A DNA stretch of 64,000 nt from the NCBI RefSeq assembly GCF_018350175.1, contig NC_058377.1, forward strand, positions 99,448,001 to 99,512,000, written 5' to 3'. A program made the position numbers and the translations under genes. Positions 1-11,700 of this stretch are shown in pieces; within the stretch, counting starts at the first letter, position 1, and the number at the start of each line of letters is the position of its first letter. This stretch comes from Felis catus (taxonomy: Eukaryota). Under the pieces are notes generated by a model. That model did no database searches and was not told where the DNA came from. It saw nothing but the letters and a program-made list of their open reading frames with translations.

Positions 1-1235
1 GAGAGGGAGAGACTGACATGGAAAGATGTTAAAAATACACAATTAAGGGGTGCCTGGGTGGCTCAGTCGGTTGAGCATCTGACTTCGGCTCAGGTCATGA
101 TCTCACAGCTCGTGAGTTCGAGCCCCACGTTGGGCTCTGTGCTGACAGTTCAGAGCCTGTGGTCTGCTCCGGATTCTGTGTCTCCCTCTCTCTCTGCCCT
201 TAACCCACTCGCATTCTGTCTCTGTCTCTCTCAAAAATAAATAAACATTAAAAAAATTTTTTTAAAAACACACAATTAAGGGACACCTGGGTGGCTCAGA
301 CCGTTAAGCATCTGACTCTTGATCTCCACTCAGGTCATGGCCTTGAGGCTCATGAGTTTGAGCCCTGCATCAGGGGCTCTTTCTTTCTCTCTCTCTCAAA
401 AATAAATAAATAAATCTTAAAAAAAAAAAAAAAAAGACACAATTAAGTGCTAAGAAGCAAGTTACAAAATTCCCGTTTATCTTGTTTTTTTCTTTTTTAT
501 GTTTATTTATTTTTGATGGGGGGAAGGGGCAGAAGGAGGAGGCAACAGAGGATCTGAAGCAGAGAGCCCGATTCTGGGCTAGAACTTAGGAACTGTGAGA
601 GCCAAAGTCAGATGCTTAACCAACTGAGCTACCCAGGTGCCCCCGAATTATGTTTCAAAGAAATATACATGTATATTCAATTATTCCATGTTGATAACAA
701 CTAAGGGAAGGGAGGTTTTCAGTAGGAGATAAATATGGGGAGATGTGGGCCTGGGAAGAAGTAGTGAAAGACAAAAACTCCTGATGGCATTTGAATCCCC
801 TGGTGTCTGTTGCTATGTGCTCACTTGCCCTTTCTGAGGTTTGTTATATGACTCAGTAGATCATCTGTGTTCCCAAATTAGGTAAGAGTTGGGCATCAAG
901 GGGTGTCTGGCTGGCTCAGTCAGAGGAACACACATCTCTTCATTTCAGAGTTATGAGTTCGAGCCCCAAATTGGGTATAGAGATTACTTAAAAATAAATC
1001 TTGGGTGCCTGGGTAGCTCATTCAGTTAAGCATCAGACTTCAGCTCGGGTTGTGAGCTCCCATTCTGCGAGTTCAAGCGCCATGTTGGGCTCTGTGCTGA
1101 CAGCTCAGAGCCTGGAGCCTGTTTTGGATTCTGTGTCTCCCTCTCTCTCTGCCCCTCCCTGGCTTGTGCTCGGTCTCTCTCTCAAAAATAAACATAAAAA
1201 AAAATCTTTAAAAAATTATTTTTATGTTTATTTAT

Positions 1236-1277
<42 letters not shown>

Positions 1278-3193
1278 GGCCAGAGGTGGGGCAGAAAGGG
1301 AGGGAGATACAGAATCCAAAGCAGGCTCCGGGCTCTGAACTGTCAACACAGACCTCACCCAGGGCTCAAACCCACAAACCTAAAGATCATGACCTGAGCC
1401 AAAGTTAGGGGCCCAACCAACTGAGCCACCCAGGAGCCCCACCCCACCAAAAAGTTAAACCTTAACAAAAAATAGTACTACTTACGACCAGCACTGAGTA
1501 TTGCATGGTATAGAATTGTTTAATCATTATATTGTACACTTGAAACCAATAGAACACTCTATGTTGATCTCTGCCCACCCACCTTGCTCCTGCTTTCTCC
1601 TATGAGCATGCACACTCTCTCGCTCTCTCAAAATAAACAAATAAACTTGAAAAAAGATAGAGAGGAGGAAAAAAAGTAGAATGGTGGTTGCCAGAGGCTG
1701 GAGGGAGGGTGGTATGGGGAGTTCTTTATTTTTTTAATTAATTAAATTACTTTTTAAGTAATCTCTGTGTCCAATGTGGGTCTTGAACTCAAGACCCCAA
1801 GATCAACAGTCAGATGCTCTAAGGACTGAGCCAGCCAGGCGCCCCATGGGGAGTTGCTTTATAGGTACAGAGTTTCAGTCTGGGAAGATGAAAAAAGTTT
1901 TGGAGATGGACTTCAGTGATGGTTGCACAACAATGTCAATGTACTTGATGTCAATGAACAGCCTAGTTAAAAATGGTTTTGGGGCGCCGGGGTGGCTCAG
2001 TTGGTTAGGCATCCAACTTTAGCTCACGGTTCATGGGTTCAGGCCCCCTGTCGGGCTCTGTGCTGACAGCTCAGAGCCTGGAGCCTGCTTCGGATTCTGT
2101 GTCTCCCTCTCTCTCTGCCCCTCCCCGGTTCGTGCTCTGTCTCTCTCAAAAATGAATAAACATTAAAACAATTTTTTAAATGGTTAGAATTGCATATTTT
2201 ATAGCATGTATATTTTGATATAATTTTTAAAAAGATTTGAAGGGAGCCTGGGTAGCTCAGTCGGTTGAGCATCCAACTCTCAATTTCGGCTCAGGTCATG
2301 ATCCCAGGGTTGTGGAATCAAGCCCCTCATGGGGCTCTGTGCTGAGCATGGAGCCTGCTTAAGATTCTATCTCTCCGCTCTGTCCCCTCCCCTGCTCACA
2401 CTTGCTCTCTCTCTCTCTCTCTCTCTCTCAAATAAGAGATCTGGTCTTCACATTACAACTGACTAATGCACACATATTAGCCAGGATAAGTCGAACTGCT
2501 GCAACAATTAGACCTCAAGTAAATAGCCGAAACAAAATAGAAGCTTATTTCTCTCTCCCTCAACAGATTAGAGAAGATGTTCGCAGTGGGAGGATGGAGA
2601 GAAGTAGCTTCTTCTCGAAGTAATTATTTAGGGACTCAGATTAATGGAGACTCTGCTAGGTATAACTCGTTCCTGCTGACATGATTCCAGTCTTCCTCAT
2701 TACTACTCCAGCCCAGAAGAGGAGAAAAAGAGTGTGGAGGAGACTGGTGGAGGAGTTATGGACCAGGCCCTGTTGGTCCTGAAGCTGGCACACATCACTT
2801 CCTCTCACACTCCATTGGAGGTAACTGAGTCCTGTATTACAACTTTTTACCTCAAGGCACACTGAGCACATGACAGCTCAGATATTCCGAGAGTTGGATA
2901 TAAAGAATTTTGGTGGACGGTTAGTCTCTAAAAAGAAAAACCAGAATCACGAGGGGAATGTGCATCTAACTGAAATAGTAATTATCTCCAGAGGTAAGAT
3001 TACAGGAAACGCTCACTTTTCATATATAATTTTGAAGTGCTTGCATTTTTTATAACGAACATATGTTACTATTATGATCAGAAACTATAAAGCAAAACCA
3101 GGGTAGAGGGAATGACAATAAAATGTTTGCATAAAAGCTGAAACCCAAAAACAAAAAAAAATACAAAAAACACACTAAACTCCTTGTTTATTT

Positions 3194-3415
3194 TTTTTTT
3201 AATTTTTTTTTTCAACGTTTATTTATTTTTGGGACAGAGAGAGACAGAGCATGAACGGGGGAGGGGCAGAGAGAGAGGGAGACACAGAATCAGAAACAGG
3301 CTCCAGGCTCCGAGCCATCAGCCCAGAGCCTGACACGGGGCTCGAACTCCTGGACCGCGAGATCGTGACCTGGCTGAAGTCGGACGCTTAACCGACTGCG
3401 CCACCCAGGCGCCCC
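3194..3415 (-). mobile_element. Young felid SINEC_Fc-type SINE
   Basis: CpGs intact; TSD AACTCCTTG(T/C)TTATTT at 3178-3193 and 3416-3431. Confidence 0.92.
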
Positions 3416-5127
3416 AACTCCTTGCTTATTTAACAAAAATTTTCTTTAATGTTTTATTTATTTTTGAGAAAGAGACAGACAGAGGGTGAGCGGGGGAGGG
3501 GCAGAGAGAGAGGAAGACACAGAATCCGAAGCGGGCTCCAGGTTCCGAGCTGTCAGCACAGAGCTGGACACAGGGCTTAAACTCACACACCGAGAAATCA
3601 TGACCCGAGCCGAAGTTGGATGCTTAACCAACTGAGCCCCCTAGGTGCCCCTTGTGTGATTGAACCTTTAATGAAAAAGTCATAAAAGACTAGTTGCTAT
3701 ATTACCAATTTTAGTAAGCAGACGTTTCCATGTAACAATATATGTATTGTTTTTACGTACATACATCTCTAGTTTTTATTATGAAATATTTTTAAAAAGT
3801 AAGCAGAAGGGCATAATGAGTCCCCATAGAGCATCACTTGGATTAAACAATGATTTATATTTTGCCATATTTGTCTAATCTGCTTTTCTTCTAGGCACAG
3901 TACTTTGATGCAAATCCCACATATGTCATGTATGTCTACATACCTTGCTAAGCATGTAATAAATAAATTTATAGGCATTTTCTTACACAGCAACAATGCC
4001 ATGACCACATTAATAAAATTAGCAATAATTCTTTGGTATTATCTCCATCCATAATCAAAGGTCTCCAATTATTTCGAAAACCAGACTTTTTTTTTTTAAG
4101 TTTTATTTTTATTTAAGTACTCTATACACCTGGGGCTCCTGGGTTCAGTGGGTTGAGCGTCCAACTTTGGCTCAGGTTATGATCTCGTGGTCTGTGAGTT
4201 CCAGCCCCACATTGGTGGGGGATGCAGAGCGTGCTTTGGATCCTCTGTTCTCCTCTCTCTGCCCCTCCCCTGCTTGCTCTCTTTCTCTCAAAAATAAACA
4301 AAACATTTTTTTGTAAAAAGAAAAAAAAGAAAAAGATTAAAAAAAATTAAGTAATCTATACACCCAATGTGGGGCTCAAACTCACCAGCAAGAGTCACAT
4401 GCTGTTCTGAGCCAGCTAGGAGCCCCCCAAAACATGTCTTTTAATAGCTGATTCATTTCAGTTAGGATCCAGACTGTCCATACTTACTTTTGGTTAACAC
4501 GTCTCTAGGATTCCTGATCTGAGGCAGTGGACCTTCCATTCCCCCCCCCCCCAACCCCCATGCTTTTGCCTTGCAGAAACAGAATCGACTGTCCCTGTAG
4601 AATATCTATACTCTGGATTTGTCTGTTGTTCCATGTGATGACATTAACTCATCCTTCTATCACTTACCTTTGCTGTAAATGAAAGCTCCTTATAACACTA
4701 TATGTTAACTAAACTGGAATTAAAAAATTTTTTTAAAAGATTTTGGTTTCACTGCACGAACAATATAAGACCAAAGTGTGTGTATGTATGATTAAACTAC
4801 AAAATATAAAATAGTATGTAAATGTACACAAAAAATGAATCAGTTAGGAAAACTTCTTACATAGACTTGTGTATAAAAATAAAAGATATTCAATCCCTTA
4901 AGTAGTTAGTGAAATTAAAATAAAAATAAAGAGCTGTCATTAAAAAAAAAAGAGGGGTGCCTGGGTGACTCAGTCAGCTAAAGCATCTGATTCTTGATTT
5001 CAGTTGGAGCCCCACATGGGGCTCTGTGCTGACAGCACGGAGCCTGCTTGGGATTTTCTCTCTCTCCCTCTCTGTCTGTTCTTCCCACGCACATGCTCAC
5101 TCTTTCTCTCAAAATAAATGAATAAAC

Positions 5128-5338
5128 TTTTTTTTTTCAACGTTTATTTATTTTGGGGACAGAGAGAGACAGAGCATGAACGGGGGAGGGGCAGAGAGAG
5201 GGAGACACAGACTCGGAAACAGGCTCCAGGCTCCGAGCCATCAGCCCAGAGCCCGGCGCGGGGCTCAAACTCACAGACCGCGAGATCGTGACCTGGCTGA
5301 AGTCGGACGCTTAACCGACTGCGCCACCCAGGCGCCCC
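5128..5338 (-). mobile_element. Young SINEC_Fc-type SINE nested in the tail of an older SINE
   Basis: TSD ATGAATAAAC at 5118 and 5339; near-identical to the copy at 3194. Confidence 0.9.
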
Positions 5339-6855
5339 ATGAATAAACGTTTAAAATAGATTAGAAAAAGAAAAAGAAAGTTAGCTCTTCAGGCCTGCTT
5401 AAATTCAGGTTCGAATGAGTTGAGGTTGAGGCTGTGGACTTCCGGAGGCATCTGATGTCAGGTTGTCCTGCTTTCAGCAATGCAGGGATCAATCAGTGAT
5501 CGGTTCCCGTGGCAAGAGCCTGATCCCTCCAGGTAAAGTTTCCGATCAGCATTTCATCTAATGCTTTTTGTCCACTGACGACCATTGACTGGATCAATTA
5601 TCTGACGAGGGATTTCAAAATGCTGAGTTTCTATCATTCCTTCCACATTTATTTAAGTTTATTTATTTTGAGAGAGAGAGAGAGAGCGCGCGTGTGAGAG
5701 TTAGAGTGCGTGCAAATGCAGGAGGGGCAGAGAGAGAGAGGGAGAGAGAATCCTGAGCAGGCTGGCACTGCTCTGGGCTGCTGGCGAGGGGCTTGCTTGG
5801 GATCCTCTCTCTCTCTGTCACTCTCTCTCAAAATAAATAAAAACTTAAAAAAAACAATTTAAAATCTTAAAAAAAAATAGAACAGATCGTTGGGTGAATA
5901 TGTGATAAAACAAAGTGTTAATTGTTGAATTTAGATGGTGGTTATATGGGTTTTTCCTGCTCAATTTATTCCTTTTTCAGTTTTTAATTTATCATGAGAC
6001 GGTTCATCACGAAATGTTGGAAAATATATGTATCTAAGAATCTATTATTTCTGAAGAGTGAGCTTGGGGGTAAGGATGGAGCTTTTTAGGCTATGTACTT
6101 CATATAAAGCAAACATTGTAAATGATCCTTTGAAATAGTAATTCCACTTTAGGAGCCTATCCTAATAATTTTTTTTAAGTTAATTTGAGAGAGAGAGAGC
6201 GAGAGCAAGAGAGCAAGCAGGGGAGGGGGAGAGAGATAGGGAGACAATCTCAAGCAGACTCCGCACTGTGTGCAGAACCTGATGTGGGGCTCAAACCCAT
6301 GATATGCAAGATTACAATCTAAGCTGAAATCAAAAGTCAGACACTAAACCAGTGTTGAGTGGCCACCCAGGCACCCTGCTAATATAGTAATTCTAAATAT
6401 GGAAAATATAGAAATATAGAAAAAAATTTCATGCTGGAATTGTAAAAAAACATTTGGAAATATCCTGAATGTCCAGTAATAGAATGATCACATGGTATAG
6501 TAATTAGGTTCATTTTAAATGGTAAAGACAGTGTAATAACACAGCAAATGCTTACGGCACATTTCATGAAAAAAATTGTGAAACAAAATTTTATCAACAT
6601 GATTGCAATGATTTTTTTAAAGGTGTTCCTAATTATTTTTAAGGTTTATTCATTTTTTTGAGAGAGAGACAGAGGGCGAACGGGGAAGGGGCAGAGAGAG
6701 AAGGAGACAGAATCTGAAGCAGGCTCCAGGCTCAGAGCTGTCAGCACAGAGCCCGATGCGGGACTGGAATCCACAACCATGAGATCATGACCTGAGGAGA
6801 AGTTGGACTCTTAACCAACTGAGCTATGCAGGAGCCCAACGATTTTTTTTTTAAT

Positions 6856-7402
6856 GGTATACACATACCCCATAGTGTTATCATATGACCAACAATTCTA
6901 CTCTTAGGTAGATATCCAAGAGAAATGAAAATGTCTTTTTATGTCCACACAAAAACTTGTATATTAAAGTTCACAGCAGCATTATTCAAAATGGCCAAAA
7001 AGTGTAAACAGTCAAATATCTTTCAACTGATAAATGAGGAAACAAAATGTGGTATATCCATACAATGGAATATTACCCAGCAATAAATACAGCACTGAAC
7101 CTGCTACAGCATGGATGAATCGTGAAAACAGTATGCTGAGAGAAGCCAGACACAAAGGACACATATTGTAGGAGTCCATTTATTTGAGATGTCCAGAACA
7201 GGCAAATCTATAAGAGTAAATTAGTAGTTACCTAGGGCTGGGGGGAGGGGAATATGGGATTTTTTGGGTATTAAGGAATATGTTCTAAAATTGGTTGTGG
7301 TGAGAATTGCACAACTCTCAGAATATATTAAAAACCAGGGAACTCTACACTTTAAATGGGTGAATTGTACATGAATTATATCTCAGTAAAGTTGTTACAA
7401 AA
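6856..7402 (+). mobile_element. Ancient L1M-type LINE-1 3' fragment
   Basis: CCAAGAGAAATGAAAA...GTCCACACAAAAACTTG...ATGTGGTATATCCATACAATGGAATATTA motifs. Confidence 0.8.
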
Positions 7403-8604
7403 AAGGTTTTTCTAGTGGTACCCATAGGAAATTGGAAGAAAACATGTATTTGAGGTGGTGGAATTATAGGTAATTAGAATAAATTCGACTTCTTTGTATT
7501 TTCCAGTTGTTATGAGTATGTATTAGTTTTTATTTTTTATTTCTTAAGTAAACTCTATCCCTAAGGTGGAGCTCCAATTCAGACTCCGAGATCAAGAGTC
7601 TCACGCTCCACCGGCTGAGCCAGCCAGGCACCCTGAATATGTATGTATTACTTTTACAAGGAGAAAAGAAACGTTTTTAAAAAGCACCAGATGCACATTC
7701 CATTTAAATGTAAATAGCCAGCATTAGACCCATTCCTCTTACCTCTCTGTAGATTGCAGTTTTTACGTACAAGCTTATCACAGTATTTTCTTAATATATC
7801 TTCATAATTTGTTGCAGATATTATATTTATATATTTTTTTCTTTATATACATACACGCATACACAGTGCGGTTTGGGCAGGAGGGAGCAACGAGTTGTGG
7901 TCGATCGGGAGGGTGGGGAATGGGGGGAGGGCCATATCAACCCAGGTGCCCTGCCAGCCCTCTCCTCCAAAGTAGCTCCCCTGCCTAACAGCCCAAAGCT
8001 CCCTTTTCCACTCTCCCCTTCCACCATACCCGCAGGTGGGGACCACAGGGTCTCTTCCGGGTCTGGTCTCACCCTTACCTGGGGTCGCAGCCCCTTCCCT
8101 CTGGCCCGGGATTCGGAAAAGTGGCCAGGACCCGCCCTTCCTCCTCCCGGGGCGGTCGCACACGCAGGGGGACAGAGCTCCCCTCGCCTAGGGTCCCAAC
8201 TCCATCCCTCGGGAAGGCGGCGGGGGGCGGGGCGGCACCGGCCGCGGGCATGGGTCCCTGCTCCACCAGCGGTAGAGTCGCAGGCCGCGGGTCCAGGACG
8301 CGCCCTCCCACGGCCGGGGTCCCACTAGCCCGCCAGGAAATCCTGGTCCCTCCCCCAGGCCGGCGGCCCCTCCTCCGGAGCCATGGAGCCGGGCCCGGGG
8401 GCCCCGGGCTCTCCCGCGAAACATCCGGAGGCCAGGCCCGAAGTCTCCGAGTCCGAGGCGGCCGCGCAGACCGCGTCGCCTTCGCGGGAGGCGGCGGACG
8501 ACCTTCCGCCCTCGTCCTCGTCGCCCTCGGGGCTCTCCTCGCGGCCGCCGACCGCGAGCCTGGGCGCGGGCAGGCCGCCGCTTTGCCAGGCCGGGTGGGG
8601 CGGG

Positions 8605-8778
8605 ATGGCGGCCGGCACATTTCTGGAGGCCGGCCTGGCCCGGGTGCTCTTCTACCCGACGCTGCTGTACACCCTGTTCCGCGGTAAGGTGCCTGGCCGA
8701 GCGCGCCGCGACTGGTACCACCGCATCGACCCCACGGTGCTGCTGGGCGCGCTGCCGCTGCGGAGCATGACGCGCCGG
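8605..8778 (+). CDS. PTPMT1: PTPMT1 coding exon 1
   Basis: ATG 8605 (gggATGG); donor CGG|GTGAGC. Confidence 0.93.
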
Positions 8779-11700
8779 GTGAGCCGGGAAGGGAGGCCTG
8801 GCCGAGCCGGGCCTGGGAGCCGGCGAGCGCCGCCCGCGCCTCGGCGGCCCTTTCTGAGCCCTGTCTTTGCCTCGGCAGCTGGTACAGGACGAGAACGTGC
8901 GCGGGGTGATCACCATGAACGAGGAGTATGAGACGCGGTTCCTGTGTAACTCCTCAAAGGTGAGGGGCCAGGAGCGGGGGCTCCGGCAGCGGCGTCCGCC
9001 AGCCTACACCGCCACCCTGGGTCTAGGAGAGCGGGAGGAGGTTGGGGGAGAGGGAGCTGCGGGTGCTCGTACCCGTGAGACACGTGCCCCAGGCTTTTTC
9101 GCCGCTTCAGGAGGGGGGTCTGGCCCTCTAAGCTTTAATGACTGAGGCTGGAGGTAGAAACTAATTATGAAAAAGAAACTGATATGAAAGGCATTTAAAA
9201 GTGGAATTGAAGGGCGCCTGGGTGTTCAGTCGGGTAAGTGCCACCCCCCCCCCCCCCCGCCTTGGGCTCAGGTCTTGATCCCCTGTTAGTGAGTTGGAGC
9301 ACTGAGAAGTGAGATGATTTATTTTTCAGAAATAATCAAATAAAATCTGTGACGTCTAGTTAACAATAGGCTTACCACCTATTGGAAATACCCCCGCCCT
9401 CTTAAATAAATCTCCTTACAGCTTGCTGCCCACTGATAGATCCCTGAAACATGCGGAACCTTCCTCGAACTCATGGCTGCCTTAATGTTTTTATTACCTA
9501 GGTTTACTAAATTTTTTTTTCAATGTTTTTTATTTATTTTTGGGACAGAGAGAGACAGAGCATGAACGGGGGAGGGGCAGAGAGAGAAGGAGACACAGAC
9601 TCGGAAACAGGCTCCAGGCTCCGAGCCATCAGCCCAGAGCCTGACGCGGGGCTCGAACTCACGGACTGCGAGATCGTGACCTGGCTGAAGTCGGACGCTT
9701 AACCGACTGCGTCACCCAGGCGCCCCATATTGCCTAGGTTTACTAAAAGTCAAGCTTATGTTATCTTAGCTGCAATTTGTTGGTAAAAAGACACTTAAAA
9801 TGATGGTTAATTTTAACTGGAGACTAAAGTTTCTAAAAGTTAAAATTCTGCTAAATGCAGTTAATGCTGATGGAAATAAGGAAAGCAACTTTGTATGTAA
9901 AAGTAGATATGTTAAAAAAAAAAAAAAAGGAGTGGCGCCTGGGTGGCTCAGTCTGTTAAGCGTCCGGCTTTGGCTCAGGGGGTGGTCTCGTGGTTTGAGT
10001 TCCGAGCCCAGGGGCGGGCTCTGTGTTGACCGCTCAGAGCCTGGAGCCTGCTTCGGATTCTGTGTCTCCCCCTCTCTCTGCCCCTCCCCTGCTCGCGATT
10101 TGTGTCTCTCTGTCTCTCAATAATAAATGTTAAAAAAAAAAAAAAAAAAGGAAATCCATTTTTATTGGAGGTAAAAAGAAAAAAAAATAATTTTGTCCTG
10201 AATCAGATTAGTAGTTTGGAGAGGAATGGCTTCGGACAAAATCTAAATGCAAAGGAAAGTTGTAGAAGGTTTGTGAAGGGAAATCTTTGGAAAGGAATAT
10301 TATGTGGTCAGGACAGACTAAAGTTAAAATGAATGGATTTTAAAAGTACACTGGTAGAAAATTTAAATTGCCTCTCCTCTGATCTAAAAGTTGGGGAGGG
10401 GCACCTGGGTGGCTCAGTCATTTAAGCATCCGACTTCAAATTGGGCTCAGGTCATGATCTCACAGCTAGTGAGTGTGAGCCCTAAATCGGGCTCTGTGCT
10501 GACAGCCTGAAGCCTGCTTCAGATTCTGTGTCTCCCTTTCTCTCTCTGCCTCTCCCCACTCATGCTCTGTCTCTCTCTCAAAAATAAAAATAAACATAAT
10601 AAAAGCTGGGGAAATGGTGGCAATACCCTCGCTGCGGGCTTCCAAATGCTCCACATTTATGTTATTTCTGCAAGGCATATGAGGTATGGAGGATTATAAC
10701 ATACAAAGGGCTTTTACTGGGATACATGGCAGCCATTTTGCTACACTTAGCCCGGTGTGTGCTGACTTGTACTTAAAAACATGCGCTTCTAGGGGCGCCT
10801 GGGTGGCTCAGTCGGTTAAGTGTCTGACTTCTGCTCAGGTCATGATCTCACCACGATTTGAGTTCCAGCCCTGGAGCCTGCTTTGGATTCTGTATCTCCC
10901 TCTCTCTCTGTCCCTCCCCCGCTCATGCTCTTGTCTCTCTCTCTCAAAGACAAACATTAAAAACAACAAAAGAAAAACGCATGCACTTCTGTTCCCTGCT
11001 GCCCACCTTATCCAGGCCCTCCTTGTAACAGGCGGGCCTCCCCTACGAGAAGCTAGAGTGCCAGAAGGAGAAACACAGGGAGACACCACCGTGATAAGAT
11101 CACAAGTACCTTTTTCATTGCAAGGTTTAACACAGGTAAAAGAATAGGTAAATTTTCTGATGATCTGGATAAAATATAGAGGCCTTTCAGACTATTAGGA
11201 ATGTTTTTTTGAGTTGGCCTGGAAAGAAATAATGCTTTTGTTGAATCAGACTCTTAATGAGATAGAGAAGTGTTCTGTTTTGGCAGCAGCTGAGAGATAC
11301 GGGGATGATTGACTCCTTAATTATCATGGGACTGGAGGTCCTATAGGGAGCTCCCAGTTCCCTACTGGGGTTCAGGCAGTTCCTCCCCAAGATCCTAATT
11401 GGGACTATGATAATCCCATTGCAGAATGGTATCGTTGCCACTTCCAAGAAATCAAAGGAGGTCGAAGGTTAAAATCTTTAAATCATGCTAAATTAGCCAC
11501 TATTTTACAGACACGGGATGAAAGCCTGGTGGCCTTCCTGAAAAGGTTAAAGTTAAATATACAGCTATCTCCCCTGTTACCCCCCCCCAAAGCTCAGATG
11601 ATTCTAAAGGACAAATTTGTCACTCATTCGGCTTCCCAAGGTCCTGGCACCAGTGCCATTTATGTGGCTATTTAGGGCACTGGAAACAAGAATGTCCTCA

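Larger units (their letters stand above)
47..7634. mobile_element. Dense cluster of about 20 carnivore tRNA-derived SINEs (Can-SINE/SINEC) interleaved with old L1 and LTR fragments
   Basis: Repeated GGGGCGCCTGGGTGGCTCAGTCGGTT heads, (CT)n tracts and AATAAA/poly-A tails on both strands. Confidence 0.9.
8100..9110. promoter_or_regulatory. CpG island / PTPMT1 promoter
   Basis: Very GC- and CpG-rich; GC boxes (GGGGCGGGGC near 8224-8233); spans exons 1-2. Confidence 0.85.

Noticed and set aside
47-125. tRNA-like A/B boxes
   Set aside because: These are SINE heads followed by SINE body and tail; no full cloverleaf, so no tRNA gene is called.
58-2272. Recurrent short ORFs of the MAQSVK.../MGAWVAQS... 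type, here and throughout
   Set aside because: Translations of Can-SINE sequence, not genes.
7827-8916. Several long overlapping ORFs on both strands (up to 242 aa)
   Set aside because: Stop-poor by-products of the CpG island; low-complexity Arg/Pro/Gly translations; overlap the real PTPMT1 exons.
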